Shown: in pieces, positions 39,890-49,323 of the stretch | Position numbering within the stretch: position 1 is the stretch's first letter | How the letters are laid out: every line of letters starts with the position of its first letter | Assembly (NCBI GenBank): GCA_963665325.3 | Contig: OZ224045.1 | Location: 1,952,001-2,016,000, forward strand | Length of the DNA stretch: 64,000 nt | Reading direction: 5' to 3' | Source of the DNA: Alphaproteobacteria bacterium | GTDB taxonomy: Bacteria; Pseudomonadota; Alphaproteobacteria; Bin95 | The notes under the pieces: generated by a model | What the model was told of the DNA's origin: nothing | The model's database searches: none | Seen by the model: the letters and a program-made list of their open reading frames with translations, nothing else | Made by a program: the position numbers and the translations under genes

Positions 39890-41140
39890 GTGGCGCGCCT
39901 CGGGACATCGCTGTTCTGCCGTCTTCGCCGGGGCGCGCGCCGCGGCGCGGCGCTGCCTGTGGGCGCGCTGTTCCTGGTCATGACGGTAGTGGTCGTGCTG
40001 GCGGCCTGGGAGCGCCAGCAGGAGGAGTTGCGGCTCGCGGAGATCGACCGCGAGCGCGGGCGCATCTGGGCGATGACCTGCACGGCGGTCCACCGGGCGG
40101 TCCAGTCGGGCCGGGTGACGGCGGCGGGTGTCGTGACGCCGGCGCAGCTGAAGGGCTGGTCCCTCCTCCCGGACGGCCTCGGCACGGTCGGTCGCGCCGG
40201 GGGCACGGTGGCGACGGCTGCCTATGGCGCGGTGACGGTCGACAGCGTTCCGATGGCGGCCTGCTCGCTCTCGGGCCCGGAGCTTTCGTTCCGGGCGCCG
40301 GCGCTCAGGGCGGGCGCGGTGATGGGCGGCCTCGACCTTGTCGGCGCGGTCGGCGGCGAGGCGACGGCGATGCACGGCCGGCTGCCGGCGGTCCGGGCGG
40401 TGCTCGGGACTTTGCCGGCGGGCTCGCTGTTCGCAACGGCGGACCATGCGGTGGGCCACGACGAGGACCGGCTCTACCGGCGGCCGGTGGGCGGGCGTCC
40501 CGAGCTTGCGCGCATGGAGACGGATTTCGTGTTCGGCCCGAACGCGGGCGCGGTCGGCCAGGCGCTGCTGCCGGCCGGCGAGATCGAGAGCCCGGTTGCG
40601 GTCGTCGCCGGCGAGGACTGCCGGGATGCGGCGCTGGCGGACGACCGGCGCTGCTACGGGGTGCTGGACGCCGGCAGCGTGGCGGGGGTCGATGCCGGGA
40701 CCAACCGGGAGGGCCGCTTTGCCGGGACGGGCGGGACGCCGGCTGAGGTCGCCGGCAATGTGACCGTGGGCCGGACCGGCCAGCCCGGCAGCATGGCGTT
40801 CGGGGGCGACATTCCGGCGACGGCGTTCCGGGCGGATGGCGGGTTCCGGTTCGGCCATGCGGGCGCGCCGGCGCAGGCGTTCAACATCCCGCAGCTGCTG
40901 TCGGTCGGCACCGGGCTCACTGCGACGGACACGGCGCTTGCGGTGGCGGGCGAAGCGGGCGCGGGCAGCCTGGACGTGACGGGGGACCTCGACGCCGAGG
41001 GCCGGCTCACGGCTTCGGGGAATGCGCGGGCTCGCACGCTTTCGGTTGGCGGCGAACTCGGTGCGAATTCGGGCTCGTTCACCGGCACGGTGACGACGGG
41101 TGGCTGCACCGGCTGCGAGCCGGTTCCGGTGTTCCAGTGA
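39890..41140 (+). CDS. PilV-like minor pilin/adhesin 1
   Basis: basic leader RRG|AALP plus TM; DRLYRRPVGGRPELARMETD resembles the R64 PilV constant region; ends CTGC. Confidence 0.7.
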   Translation: MARLGTSLFCRLRRGARRGAALPVGALFLVMTVVVVLAAWERQQEELRLAEIDRERGRIWAMTCTAVHRAVQSGRVTAAGVVTPAQLKGWSLLPDGLGTVGRAGGTVATAAYGAVTVDSVPMAACSLSGPELSFRAPALRAGAVMGGLDLVGAVGGEATAMHGRLPAVRAVLGTLPAGSLFATADHAVGHDEDRLYRRPVGGRPELARMETDFVFGPNAGAVGQALLPAGEIESPVAVVAGEDCRDAALADDRRCYGVLDAGSVAGVDAGTNREGRFAGTGGTPAEVAGNVTVGRTGQPGSMAFGGDIPATAFRADGGFRFGHAGAPAQAFNIPQLLSVGTGLTATDTALAVAGEAGAGSLDVTGDLDAEGRLTASGNARARTLSVGGELGANSGSFTGTVTTGGCTGCEPVPVFQ

Positions 41141-41148
41141 GGAGGCGC

Positions 41149-42213
41149 ATGGCCAGGCCGGGGTTCGCGCAGCGCCTCAGGCTCGGGCGCTGGCGGGGCA
41201 TGACGCCGGTGGGCGCGCTGGTGGCGGTGATCGTGCTGGTGGTGATCGCGCTCGGTTTCGCGATCTGGCTGCAGGGACGCATCGCGGCCTCGAACGCGGT
41301 CGGCGCGGCGCGGAAGCTGGTGGTGCTGGCGCAGGCGGTCGAGAGCCATGTGCGCTCGGAATACGGAAGCTATGCGGGCCTGACGGCCGGGACGGCGCGG
41401 CGGATCGATATCGGCGCGCTGAGGACCGACAGGCTGCTGCCGCAGGGCTTCGACGAGGCGGGCGACGCGATGAAGCGCCCGCTCCAGGCCTGGGCGGTCT
41501 CGCTCGGCGGGGGCGATGTGCGGCTCTTGTCGATGCAGCTGGCCGACGCCAATGACACGCGCTTCCCGGCGAATGCGGTGTTCGAGGCGCGCGGCCGGCA
41601 GGCGCTGGGCGTGGTGGACGGGTCGGGCGTGCTGCTCGGGCCGACCGTGCAGGAAGACCTGACGGCGTTCCGGGCGGCTGCCGGCGGTCATCCGCGCGCC
41701 CGGGCGCTGGCGGTCTACCGGCAGCTCGACCGGGAGAGCGTGTGCGGGGACGCCGTGTTCCGGCGGGTCAGGGCCGGCTGTCCGGACTCCGCGCGCATGG
41801 AGACCGACCTCGACATGAACGGCAACGACCTGGTGGGTGTGCGGGTGCTGACGGCCGAGGAGCTGCAGGTGGACCGCGTCATGCGCGCGGGCTCCTTCCG
41901 GATCGACCGGGCGCTCACGGTGGGCACGGCGACGACGGCGGGCTCGGTCGAGGTCATGGGGAGTTTCACGGTGCCGGATGGCCTGGTGTTCCGGGGCGAC
42001 GCGGAGTTCACGGGCATCGTCAATGCGGACGTGGTGAACGCGACCGGCGCGCTGGAGGCGGCGAGCGCCGATGTCGCCGGGGACGTGGAGGCCGCGAATA
42101 TCGAGGCGGCTGCCAACCTCACGGCCGCGGGCGCCAACGTGAACGGCTCGGTCACGGTCACCGGTACGGGCTCGTTCGGGTCGCTCACGGTCGGGAGCTG
42201 CTCGGGATGCTGA
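41149..42213 (+). CDS. PilV-like minor pilin/adhesin 2
   Basis: leader WRG|MTPVG plus TM; LLPQGF; FRRVRAGCPDSARMETDLDMNGNDL; ends CSGC. Confidence 0.75.
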   Translation: MARPGFAQRLRLGRWRGMTPVGALVAVIVLVVIALGFAIWLQGRIAASNAVGAARKLVVLAQAVESHVRSEYGSYAGLTAGTARRIDIGALRTDRLLPQGFDEAGDAMKRPLQAWAVSLGGGDVRLLSMQLADANDTRFPANAVFEARGRQALGVVDGSGVLLGPTVQEDLTAFRAAAGGHPRARALAVYRQLDRESVCGDAVFRRVRAGCPDSARMETDLDMNGNDLVGVRVLTAEELQVDRVMRAGSFRIDRALTVGTATTAGSVEVMGSFTVPDGLVFRGDAEFTGIVNADVVNATGALEAASADVAGDVEAANIEAAANLTAAGANVNGSVTVTGTGSFGSLTVGSCSGC

Positions 42214-42602
42214 TGGCGGCGCGCATTTCGGGTCTCGCGGTCCTGCTGTCGCTGGCGGGCGCGATGGCGTTGCCGGCTGCGGGCCAGGCGCAGGATGCGG
42301 TCACGGCAGAGAACGGGGCTCCCGCACAGGACAGCGCCACGAAGCCCGATGCGGCGCCGGACGGCTGGATAGAAGCGCGCCTCGAGGGCCTGAAGGTCCG
42401 CGAGGCGCTGGCGCGGGAGGTTGCCGGGATGCGCCGTCTGCTGGCGGTCCAGAAGGAGCTCGGGGCGTGGAACCGCGAGCGGGCGGAGGTCGGGTCTGCG
42501 GTCAGGACGCTGCGCCCGGAGATCTGCGGCGAAGAGGAGCTCGAACGCTGGTGCCGCCTCCTGCCGGCGACATTCGGCGTGTGGGAGGACGATCTGCGAT
42601 GA
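42213..42602 (+). CDS. small secreted hypothetical protein
   Basis: signal peptide ..AAGQAQ; C-terminal Cys pair; coupled to both neighbours. Confidence 0.6.
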   Translation: MAARISGLAVLLSLAGAMALPAAGQAQDAVTAENGAPAQDSATKPDAAPDGWIEARLEGLKVREALAREVAGMRRLLAVQKELGAWNRERAEVGSAVRTLRPEICGEEELERWCRLLPATFGVWEDDLR

Positions 42603-43180
42603 GCCCGGCGAGCTCCCGCGACGCGGCGCCGGTTTTCGCCACCGTCGTGTTCCTGTTCGGAGGCATGGCGATGCTGGCCGGCGCCCCGCAGTCGATGGCG
42701 CTCACGTTGATCGTACTGGCCTGGGCCTGCGGCGCGCTCTGGCGGATCGCCAGCATCGACGTTCAGCGGTACCGGATCGATCCCTGGTGGCTGTTCCTGC
42801 TCGTGGGCGCGGGCGCGCTCCGGCAGGTCGGCCCCGATGCGGCCGACGGCCTGGTGCGTGCGATGGCGGGCGCCGGCATCGGGTTCCTGGTCGGGGCCGT
42901 GCCTCTCGTCATTGCCGAGGCCCTCGGCCGGCGCTGGCCGTTCCAGCCGGGCGACGTGCTGCTGTTCGCGGCGCTGGGCTGGCTGCTGGGTCCCTGGGGC
43001 CTTCTCTGGGCGCTCTCCATAGGAGCGATCTGCGCTCTCGCCCGCCATGCCTGCGTCCAGCGTCGGCGGGGCCGGTCCTGGCTCCGGGGCGATGTGCCGC
43101 TCGGGCCCGGCATGGCCGTGGGCGCTGCCCTCGTTCTCGCGGTGACGGCTCTCGACCGCGCCGATATCGGGCTCGGGTGA
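42599..43180 (+). CDS. prepilin peptidase A24 (PilU-like, no methylase domain)
   Basis: two catalytic Asp (SIDVQRYRI, QPGDVLL), VPLGPGM, multiple TM helices. Confidence 0.8.
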   Translation: MSPASSRDAAPVFATVVFLFGGMAMLAGAPQSMALTLIVLAWACGALWRIASIDVQRYRIDPWWLFLLVGAGALRQVGPDAADGLVRAMAGAGIGFLVGAVPLVIAEALGRRWPFQPGDVLLFAALGWLLGPWGLLWALSIGAICALARHACVQRRRGRSWLRGDVPLGPGMAVGAALVLAVTALDRADIGLG

Positions 43181-43187
43181 AGGTTCG

Positions 43188-43718
43188 ATGAGTGGCTCGG
43201 AGAGGAAGCATGGCAGGACCATAGCCGGGATGATACGGCTGCTCGGCGTGCCGGAAACGACCTCGGAAAGACGCGCTTGGTGGTTCGGTACCGGGCACGC
43301 GCTTGCGGCGGGGGGCTTCGGCATGTGTGTCGGCGTGTTTGTCTCGCTGCTGCCGTCCTCTCTGGAAGGTTTCGAAGTCGCGAAGGTGTCGGTGGCGACG
43401 GGCAAGTCCGGTGCGATCGTGCTGGGCGGCGCCGTCGTGGTCCGGAGATTTGCGGCAGGTGGCCGGGTCTTGCGGTGGCGCAACTGCGTTCTCGCTCTGG
43501 CTGGCGGTTGTGTGGCCGGAGGCAGTTTTCTTGCGGGGCTGTCCATGGCCCTGCTCGCGATGATCCTGGGCGCCGCAGCGCCGTTCGCCGACGCGCGGAT
43601 CGCGGTGTCCGAGGCGCCGATGGTGTTGGGCTCGATCGCCTTGTTGGGGACGCTTTGCCTGCTTTCCGGCGCGGTCGCGGTGAGGTGGAGCCGGCTCGCC
43701 GGGGAGGAAGCGCGGTGA
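43188..43718 (+). CDS. hypothetical membrane protein
   Basis: about four hydrophobic helices, co-oriented in the operon. Confidence 0.55.
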   Translation: MSGSERKHGRTIAGMIRLLGVPETTSERRAWWFGTGHALAAGGFGMCVGVFVSLLPSSLEGFEVAKVSVATGKSGAIVLGGAVVVRRFAAGGRVLRWRNCVLALAGGCVAGGSFLAGLSMALLAMILGAAAPFADARIAVSEAPMVLGSIALLGTLCLLSGAVAVRWSRLAGEEAR

Positions 43719-44362
43719 GCGGGAGGCCCGGTCTCAGGTCGTGGGAGATGCGCGAGATGAAGGAGGCGCTTCGCGCGACGATGCTCCAGATGTGTCTCGC
43801 GATCTTTGTGGCGGGGCTGGTTGTCGGGCCGCACTGGGTGCTGGCGGCCTATGCCGTCGGCGGGGTTCTGGCCTTGGCGGCCCTCAGGGCCGACAGGGCG
43901 GGCCGGGATCGCGGCGTGTCGGCCAGTCGCGCGCGCCAGATACTGGGCCGGATATGCGAGTGGGAAGTCAGGAGGGTTGCGATCCTGGCGATGGTCAATG
44001 CGGGCTTCTGGGTCCTTTGGGAGTTCCTGACGATGCCTGGTTGGCTCACGTTCCTGGAGTCGCTGCCGGAAGGTGAGACGACGACAGCCGAGGTAATCGC
44101 TGCGATGAAGGAGGCGATCCGCGAAGCGTACCGGCAGGCCCGGGAGAACGCGGAGTTCGCGGTGGCGCTGGTCGGGACCTTCGGCATTGCGGGTGCGCTG
44201 CTTTCCGGGCTGAGAGACTTTCTGACGGTGGGCGGCGTTGCCGCGCGGCATGGGGTTGGTCCGTGGCGCGTGCTGGGGTTCCGGTGGAGCAAGCAGGACT
44301 GGAAGGCGCTCGCTGCCCGCGAGCGGTCGCGCCGCCGGCGCCTGCTGAGGGGCGAGAGATGA
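43715..44362 (+). CDS. hypothetical membrane protein (paralog of 57158-62214)
   Basis: GPHWVLAAYAVG, WEVRRVAILA, GLRDFL, GVGPWRVL..DWKALAARERSRRR. Confidence 0.65.
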   Translation: MSGRPGLRSWEMREMKEALRATMLQMCLAIFVAGLVVGPHWVLAAYAVGGVLALAALRADRAGRDRGVSASRARQILGRICEWEVRRVAILAMVNAGFWVLWEFLTMPGWLTFLESLPEGETTTAEVIAAMKEAIREAYRQARENAEFAVALVGTFGIAGALLSGLRDFLTVGGVAARHGVGPWRVLGFRWSKQDWKALAARERSRRRRLLRGER

Positions 44363-45387
44363 GGCGTCCGGTCGAACTCCCGCCTCGGCTTCCGGGTCGC
44401 CCGGCGACGCGCTCTGCCCGGTTTCCGGTCATGGCGGCGCTGGTGGTTGTGCTCGGCGTTTCGGGCTGCGACGGCAGCGACGAGCCCCGCCTTCCTTCTC
44501 CTCCCGGCCCGGCGCCCAATACCGGTGCCCCGCTGGAGACGGGCGGCGAGGTGGCGGCGCGGATGGCCGAGATCCTGTTCCGGACGGACTCGCTTCTGGC
44601 GACGCGCGTCCACGGGCAGCGCCGCGAGCTGCCGCCGGAGGTGGCGGTGCTGCCCGACCCGCTGGCGCCGGCGCCGGAGCTCGAACGGCAGGACTTCCTG
44701 TTCGATGCGGCATGCGAGGAAACCGCCTGCATGCTGACGGCGGTCGGGGACGCGGGTGCGGCGTCGGCCGGCGGCGTGCCGGCCGGGTTCGCGAGGGACG
44801 ACCTCAACTGGGTAACGCGCGCATCGAGCGCCTGGGCCGCCCGGCACGGGATCACGCTGCTGGAAGCGCAGGCCGATGTGCGCGAGGCAACGCCCGAGAC
44901 ACCCGACATGCGCAGCCTGGGCGCCTGGATGGACCATAGCGGGTTCGGCTTCAGCCATGCGCTGTCCGTTGAGGAGGGCTGGGAGACGCAGTGGCGTTAC
45001 GGCCTGGCGGGCGGCGATCTCTCCGGGACGCGTCCGGTGCCGCGGCAGGACTTCGATCTCGTCTGGCGGGGCGTGATGATCGGCAGTTCGGCGCATGGCT
45101 ACCTGCCGCTCCAGGGCGACGCGGTGCTCACATATGACGGCGGCGACAGCTCTCTGGATGCGGTGTTCTCGGACATTTACGACCTGGAGAACCGGCGCCC
45201 GCACAGCGTCTCCCGGGTGCGGTTCGACAATGTGCCGGTTCGCCTGGACGGGACGTTCGACGCAGGCGTGCCCGGGAACCGCATCGCCGGCGGCTTCTAC
45301 GGGCCGGATCACCGGGAGAGCGTCGGGGTGATGGAGCAGCTCGGCATTGTCGGGTCCTTCGGCGCGCGACGGCAGGAGGACGAGTAG
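44359..45387 (+). CDS. lipoprotein with TbpB-like C-terminal beta-barrel
   Basis: lipobox VSGC; WRGVMIG; IAGGFYGPDHRESVG..VGSFGA. Confidence 0.7.
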   Translation: MRRPVELPPRLPGRPATRSARFPVMAALVVVLGVSGCDGSDEPRLPSPPGPAPNTGAPLETGGEVAARMAEILFRTDSLLATRVHGQRRELPPEVAVLPDPLAPAPELERQDFLFDAACEETACMLTAVGDAGAASAGGVPAGFARDDLNWVTRASSAWAARHGITLLEAQADVREATPETPDMRSLGAWMDHSGFGFSHALSVEEGWETQWRYGLAGGDLSGTRPVPRQDFDLVWRGVMIGSSAHGYLPLQGDAVLTYDGGDSSLDAVFSDIYDLENRRPHSVSRVRFDNVPVRLDGTFDAGVPGNRIAGGFYGPDHRESVGVMEQLGIVGSFGARRQEDE

Positions 45388-45390
45388 GCG

Positions 45391-46377
45391 ATGGTCAGCT
45401 TGGGTTACGGGCGCCTGGCCGCGGCCTTGCTGGCATGCGGCGCGGTTCTGTCGGCCTGCGGCGGCGACGGGGGACCGTCGCGGCCCGGATCGAGGATCGG
45501 GGAGGCGGGACCGGAGCCGCGCCCGCCGGCGGTCCGGCCTCCCGGCATGGAGACGGCGCCGGTGTCGGTTTGGGCGGCCTCGGTTCTTGGAGGCGCGGAC
45601 GCGCTGTTCGCGACCGGCGTACATGAGGAGAGCGGGTTCGGTGAGCGCCAGGTCCATGACACCGCGTGTTCGGGCCTGGGCTGTTCGGGGTCGGGCAGTG
45701 GCGGGATCGGCACGGGCAATGCCGGCCGGCTCGCGCGCGCCGGCGTTGTCGGGCGCACGGGCGGCATCGACCTTGTGTGGGCCTCGGACTTCGATGCCGG
45801 GAGCTGGGGCGCCTGGATGCGCCATGCCGGCTTCGGCGTCCTGCTGGAGCGCGCGGGCATGGGTGCGGAGCTTCGCGAGTTCCGTTACGGGCTGGCTGTC
45901 GGGAGCCTGACGGAGGTCGCCGAGGGCCAGGACACAAGCGCCACGTGGCGGGGCCGGATGGTCGGGGTGACGGATACCGGCGGGTTTTCGGAGGGGCGCC
46001 TCGAGGGCGATGCGGTGCTCACCTACCGGTCGGTCGAGGCGCTGGGCGACGAAGCAGAGGACGGCGACATCGTCGGTCGGATCGATGCGGCCTTCACCGA
46101 CATTGTGAGCGTGTCGACCGGCGCGTCCTTTGCCGATGCGAGCTTCGTGGATGTGCCGGTGAGCCTGCACGATGTGACGGAGACGACGGTCGAGGAAGCG
46201 GGTGAGATGCGGCCGGGCGAGGAGCCCGAGGTCGACGTGACGGCGAGGATGGCCTTCGACGCGGGCAATGCCGGCAACCGGATCAGGGGCGGGTTCTTCG
46301 GACCCGACAGGGCCGAAGTCGCCGGCGTCTTCGAACAGAACGGGATCGTGGGGGCTTTCGGTGCGACGAGAAAATAG
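45391..46377 (+). CDS. lipoprotein with TbpB-like beta-barrel (tandem paralog)
   Basis: lipobox LSAC-GG; ATWRGRMVG; IRGGFFGPDRAEVAGVF..GAFGA. Confidence 0.7.
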   Translation: MVSLGYGRLAAALLACGAVLSACGGDGGPSRPGSRIGEAGPEPRPPAVRPPGMETAPVSVWAASVLGGADALFATGVHEESGFGERQVHDTACSGLGCSGSGSGGIGTGNAGRLARAGVVGRTGGIDLVWASDFDAGSWGAWMRHAGFGVLLERAGMGAELREFRYGLAVGSLTEVAEGQDTSATWRGRMVGVTDTGGFSEGRLEGDAVLTYRSVEALGDEAEDGDIVGRIDAAFTDIVSVSTGASFADASFVDVPVSLHDVTETTVEEAGEMRPGEEPEVDVTARMAFDAGNAGNRIRGGFFGPDRAEVAGVFEQNGIVGAFGATRK

Positions 46378-46903
46378 AAGCTGCTGGCCTGTTGCGGCGC
46401 CGGTCGCGCTGTTTCTGGCGCTGTCATGCGGGTTGCCCGCGGCCGCCCACGCGCAGCGCGTCGAGACGCCCGAGGCGCGGTCGTTCGCGATCCGGGTCGA
46501 TGACGGGACCCACCTGGCCATTGTCGTGGCCGAACCGCTGTCCAGGGACGATACCGGGCCGCGCATCGGTTTCGTGGTGCAGTGCGAGCGGGCGTCGGGT
46601 CAGGTGAAGGCGAATCTGTCCTTCGGGACGGTTCCTGCCGGCAAGCCGGTGCAGGCGGCTGCGGGCCATCCCGACGGGCCGGTGGAGCGTTTCGGCCCGG
46701 TGGTGCGCGGCGGCGGTCCGGCGGCGGGCTTCCACAGCCCGGTCATCGCCGACAAGGCGGATGTGCTGCGCTTCGTCGATGCTGCGCTGGTGACGGGCGC
46801 GCTGGTCTCGAACGGCCACAACTCGGTGTGGAACCGCATCGGCGAGGGCGAGAACCGGGAGGTCCGGATGGCCCTGCGGCGCTGCGCGGGAGCGGGCCGA
46901 TGA
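46361..46903 (+). CDS. secreted hypothetical protein
   Basis: GTG start gives signal peptide MRRENR..AAAHAQ; ATGA overlap with the next gene. Confidence 0.55.
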   Translation: MRRENRSCWPVAAPVALFLALSCGLPAAAHAQRVETPEARSFAIRVDDGTHLAIVVAEPLSRDDTGPRIGFVVQCERASGQVKANLSFGTVPAGKPVQAAAGHPDGPVERFGPVVRGGGPAAGFHSPVIADKADVLRFVDAALVTGALVSNGHNSVWNRIGEGENREVRMALRRCAGAGR

Positions 46904-47988
46904 CACAGGGCGCGGCGGAAATGCGCCCCCGGCTGTCGTCGGGAGGCCGGACGGCGCGCCGGCGGCGGGTTTTCGACATGTCGCTGGAGATGGTGCTGTT
47001 GCTTGCCGTGCTGCTGGTGTGCGTTTCCGTGGCGGCGGCGCAGGGCGACCGGCGGAAACCCTGGGCGGCGGCTCCGATGGCGGCGACGGTGACGGTCGCG
47101 GCGCCGTCGCGGGACCTGCCCCGGGACGTCGCGGCGCGCCAGATCGAGGTGAAGCAGCTGGGTCCCCTGCCGTTCCGGCAGCTGGCGGGTCTGGTTGCGG
47201 ACCAGGCCGGGGTGAAGGCGGTGCTTCAGGACCGCCCCGGCCGCGTACTGGACGGCGATGTCGACCTGGAGCCGGCGGTTCCGTTCGGTCTTTCGATGCG
47301 CGGGACGGTTCCCGAGGTGCTGGACGAGCTCGCCCGGCTCTCGGGCTACGACTGGGGCTGGGAGGACGGACAGCTCGTCTTCTACCGCTATGGCGATATC
47401 GAGCAGCGCCGCCCGGAACGGATGCCGGGCGGCGTTCCTGTCGATGTGCTGGCGGCGATCGCCGGCGAGACGGCGCAGATGGCGGCCGTCGCCGAAGAGG
47501 CGCCGGCGCCGACTGTCGCTGAAGGGCCGCAGGACGTGTCACCGCAGACAGGGGAGAGGATCGATGCCGAGGGAAAACCCGAGGCCGGGCGTCTGGCGGC
47601 TCAGGTTCCGGAAGAGCTGGAGCCGGGAAGACGGCCAGTGGATACCGACGCTGCTGCGCCGGTGGAAGGACAGGAGCAGGCGGCGCCGGAAAGGCCGGTG
47701 CCGGCGGAGCCGCCAGCATGGGAAGTGATCCCCGGGACGCACGGAACCGTGGAGGACGTGCTGCGGTCCTGGGCGGAGCGCGCCGGCTGGCAGCTGGCCT
47801 GGAAGAGCGAGCGCCAGTTTGCGGTCGGGGCTGCGGCCGCCTTTCCGGCGGGCGAGACGGAGGCGGCGGGTTTCCTGGCGGCGGCGGACGCGCTTCTGGC
47901 GATCGGGCCGATGCGGCGCGCGCTCACGGCAACGGCCTATCCCAACAGGTGGCTCGTGGTGCGGGACCTCGGGAGCGCAGGACAATGA
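46900..47988 (+). CDS. PilL/TcpQ-domain protein
   Basis: C-terminal TVEDVLRSWAERAGWQLAW TcpQ signature; STN-like N-terminal domain. Confidence 0.7.
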   Translation: MTQGAAEMRPRLSSGGRTARRRRVFDMSLEMVLLLAVLLVCVSVAAAQGDRRKPWAAAPMAATVTVAAPSRDLPRDVAARQIEVKQLGPLPFRQLAGLVADQAGVKAVLQDRPGRVLDGDVDLEPAVPFGLSMRGTVPEVLDELARLSGYDWGWEDGQLVFYRYGDIEQRRPERMPGGVPVDVLAAIAGETAQMAAVAEEAPAPTVAEGPQDVSPQTGERIDAEGKPEAGRLAAQVPEELEPGRRPVDTDAAAPVEGQEQAAPERPVPAEPPAWEVIPGTHGTVEDVLRSWAERAGWQLAWKSERQFAVGAAAAFPAGETEAAGFLAAADALLAIGPMRRALTATAYPNRWLVVRDLGSAGQ

Positions 47989-48324
47989 GCGTCGGGGCAG
48001 CGGCAGGGGCATTCCTGGTGGGGGCGGTTGCGCTCTCCGGCTGCCAGACGCTGAGTGTGCTCTCGGTATCTGATGGCGGGATGGTCACGTTGTTCGATGG
48101 TTTTCAGGCGTCGGGCCGGGCGTGACGGCGGGGGTGTCGGACGGCCGTCGGCGCGTCAAGCCGCTTCGCGGCTCCTGCGCTGCGCTCCGGCCCTTCGGGT
48201 GACCCGCCGCCGTCCCTCCGACGGAGTGCATCCATGGCCGTAAGCAAGCTTCCGGCCACGGGCCGGCCGCTTTACGCAGTGTGACAATGGGAGCGGTGTT
48301 ACCCGTTACCGTTACCCTCTCTCC

Positions 48325-49323
48325 CTAGGGGTTCGAGGCGGTAACGGTTTTCGGTAACGTGTCCCTGCGGTCGTTGCCGTTGAGGGCGGCGAGGCGGTAT
48401 CCGCCTTCGGATGCGCGCTCGACGCGTCCTTCGCGGACGAGCCTGTGCAGCGCCTCGGCGACGGTTGCGGGCCGGGTTGCCGCGCGCTCGCGGATCCGGC
48501 GCTGGGAGAGCGGCGCGTCGGCGTCGGCGAGGGCCTGCAGGATGCGCCGTTCGGGGGTATCCGGCTCCGGCGCCTGGTCTTCCGGCGTCTCGCGCAACCG
48601 CAGGGCGGGGCGCTCGTCGTCGTCGGCGAGTTCGATCTCGAGGTCTTCGAGGCCAGGGGCGTCGCGATGCTCGACGGTCATGAGGATCTGGCGGTCTCGC
48701 CGGCGCAGGTACAGATTCGAATCGCCCCAGGCGTGAAGTTCGCTGCTGCCGCGCAGCGCCTGCCCGGGCCGGGAGCCGCCGCTCTTTCGTGCGTGATGGA
48801 CGAGGAGGACGGCGGTTTCGAAGCGGCGCTGTATGTCGCGCAGGAAGCCCAGCATGGGGGCGACCTCGGCGACGGTATTTTCGTCGACGCCGTGCAGGCG
48901 CACGAGGGGGTCGAGGACGACGAGGCGGGGTGAGACGCGCTCCACCGTCTCGACCAGGCGCTGGCGATCGGCGCGATGGTCGAGACGCAGCGTGGGCACG
49001 TCGATGACGGCGATGTCGAGGGTCTCGAACGCGGTGCCTGCCGCCTTTGCGATGCCCTGGAGGCGTGCGCGCACGATATGGCCGGCGTCCTCGGCGGCGA
49101 ACAGCAGCACGGGGCCGCTTGCGGCGGGACGGAAGTGGCGCAGGCAGGGGACGCCGGCGGCGACCGCGACGGCGATGTCGAGTGCGAGGAAGGATTTGCC
49201 GCACTTGGGCTCGCCGCCGACGATGCCGACGCCCTGCTCGGACCACAACGCCTCGACCATCCAGCGGCGCGCCTGGGGGCGCTCTTCGAGCTCCGCCGGC
49301 GCCCGTGTCGGGAAGCCCTTCAC
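48325..49323 (-). CDS. RepA-like helicase (copy 2)
   Basis: translation identical to 31048-32046. Confidence 0.82.
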   Translation of the reverse strand: MKGFPTRAPAELEERPQARRWMVEALWSEQGVGIVGGEPKCGKSFLALDIAVAVAAGVPCLRHFRPAASGPVLLFAAEDAGHIVRARLQGIAKAAGTAFETLDIAVIDVPTLRLDHRADRQRLVETVERVSPRLVVLDPLVRLHGVDENTVAEVAPMLGFLRDIQRRFETAVLLVHHARKSGGSRPGQALRGSSELHAWGDSNLYLRRRDRQILMTVEHRDAPGLEDLEIELADDDERPALRLRETPEDQAPEPDTPERRILQALADADAPLSQRRIRERAATRPATVAEALHRLVREGRVERASEGGYRLAALNGNDRRDTLPKTVTASNP

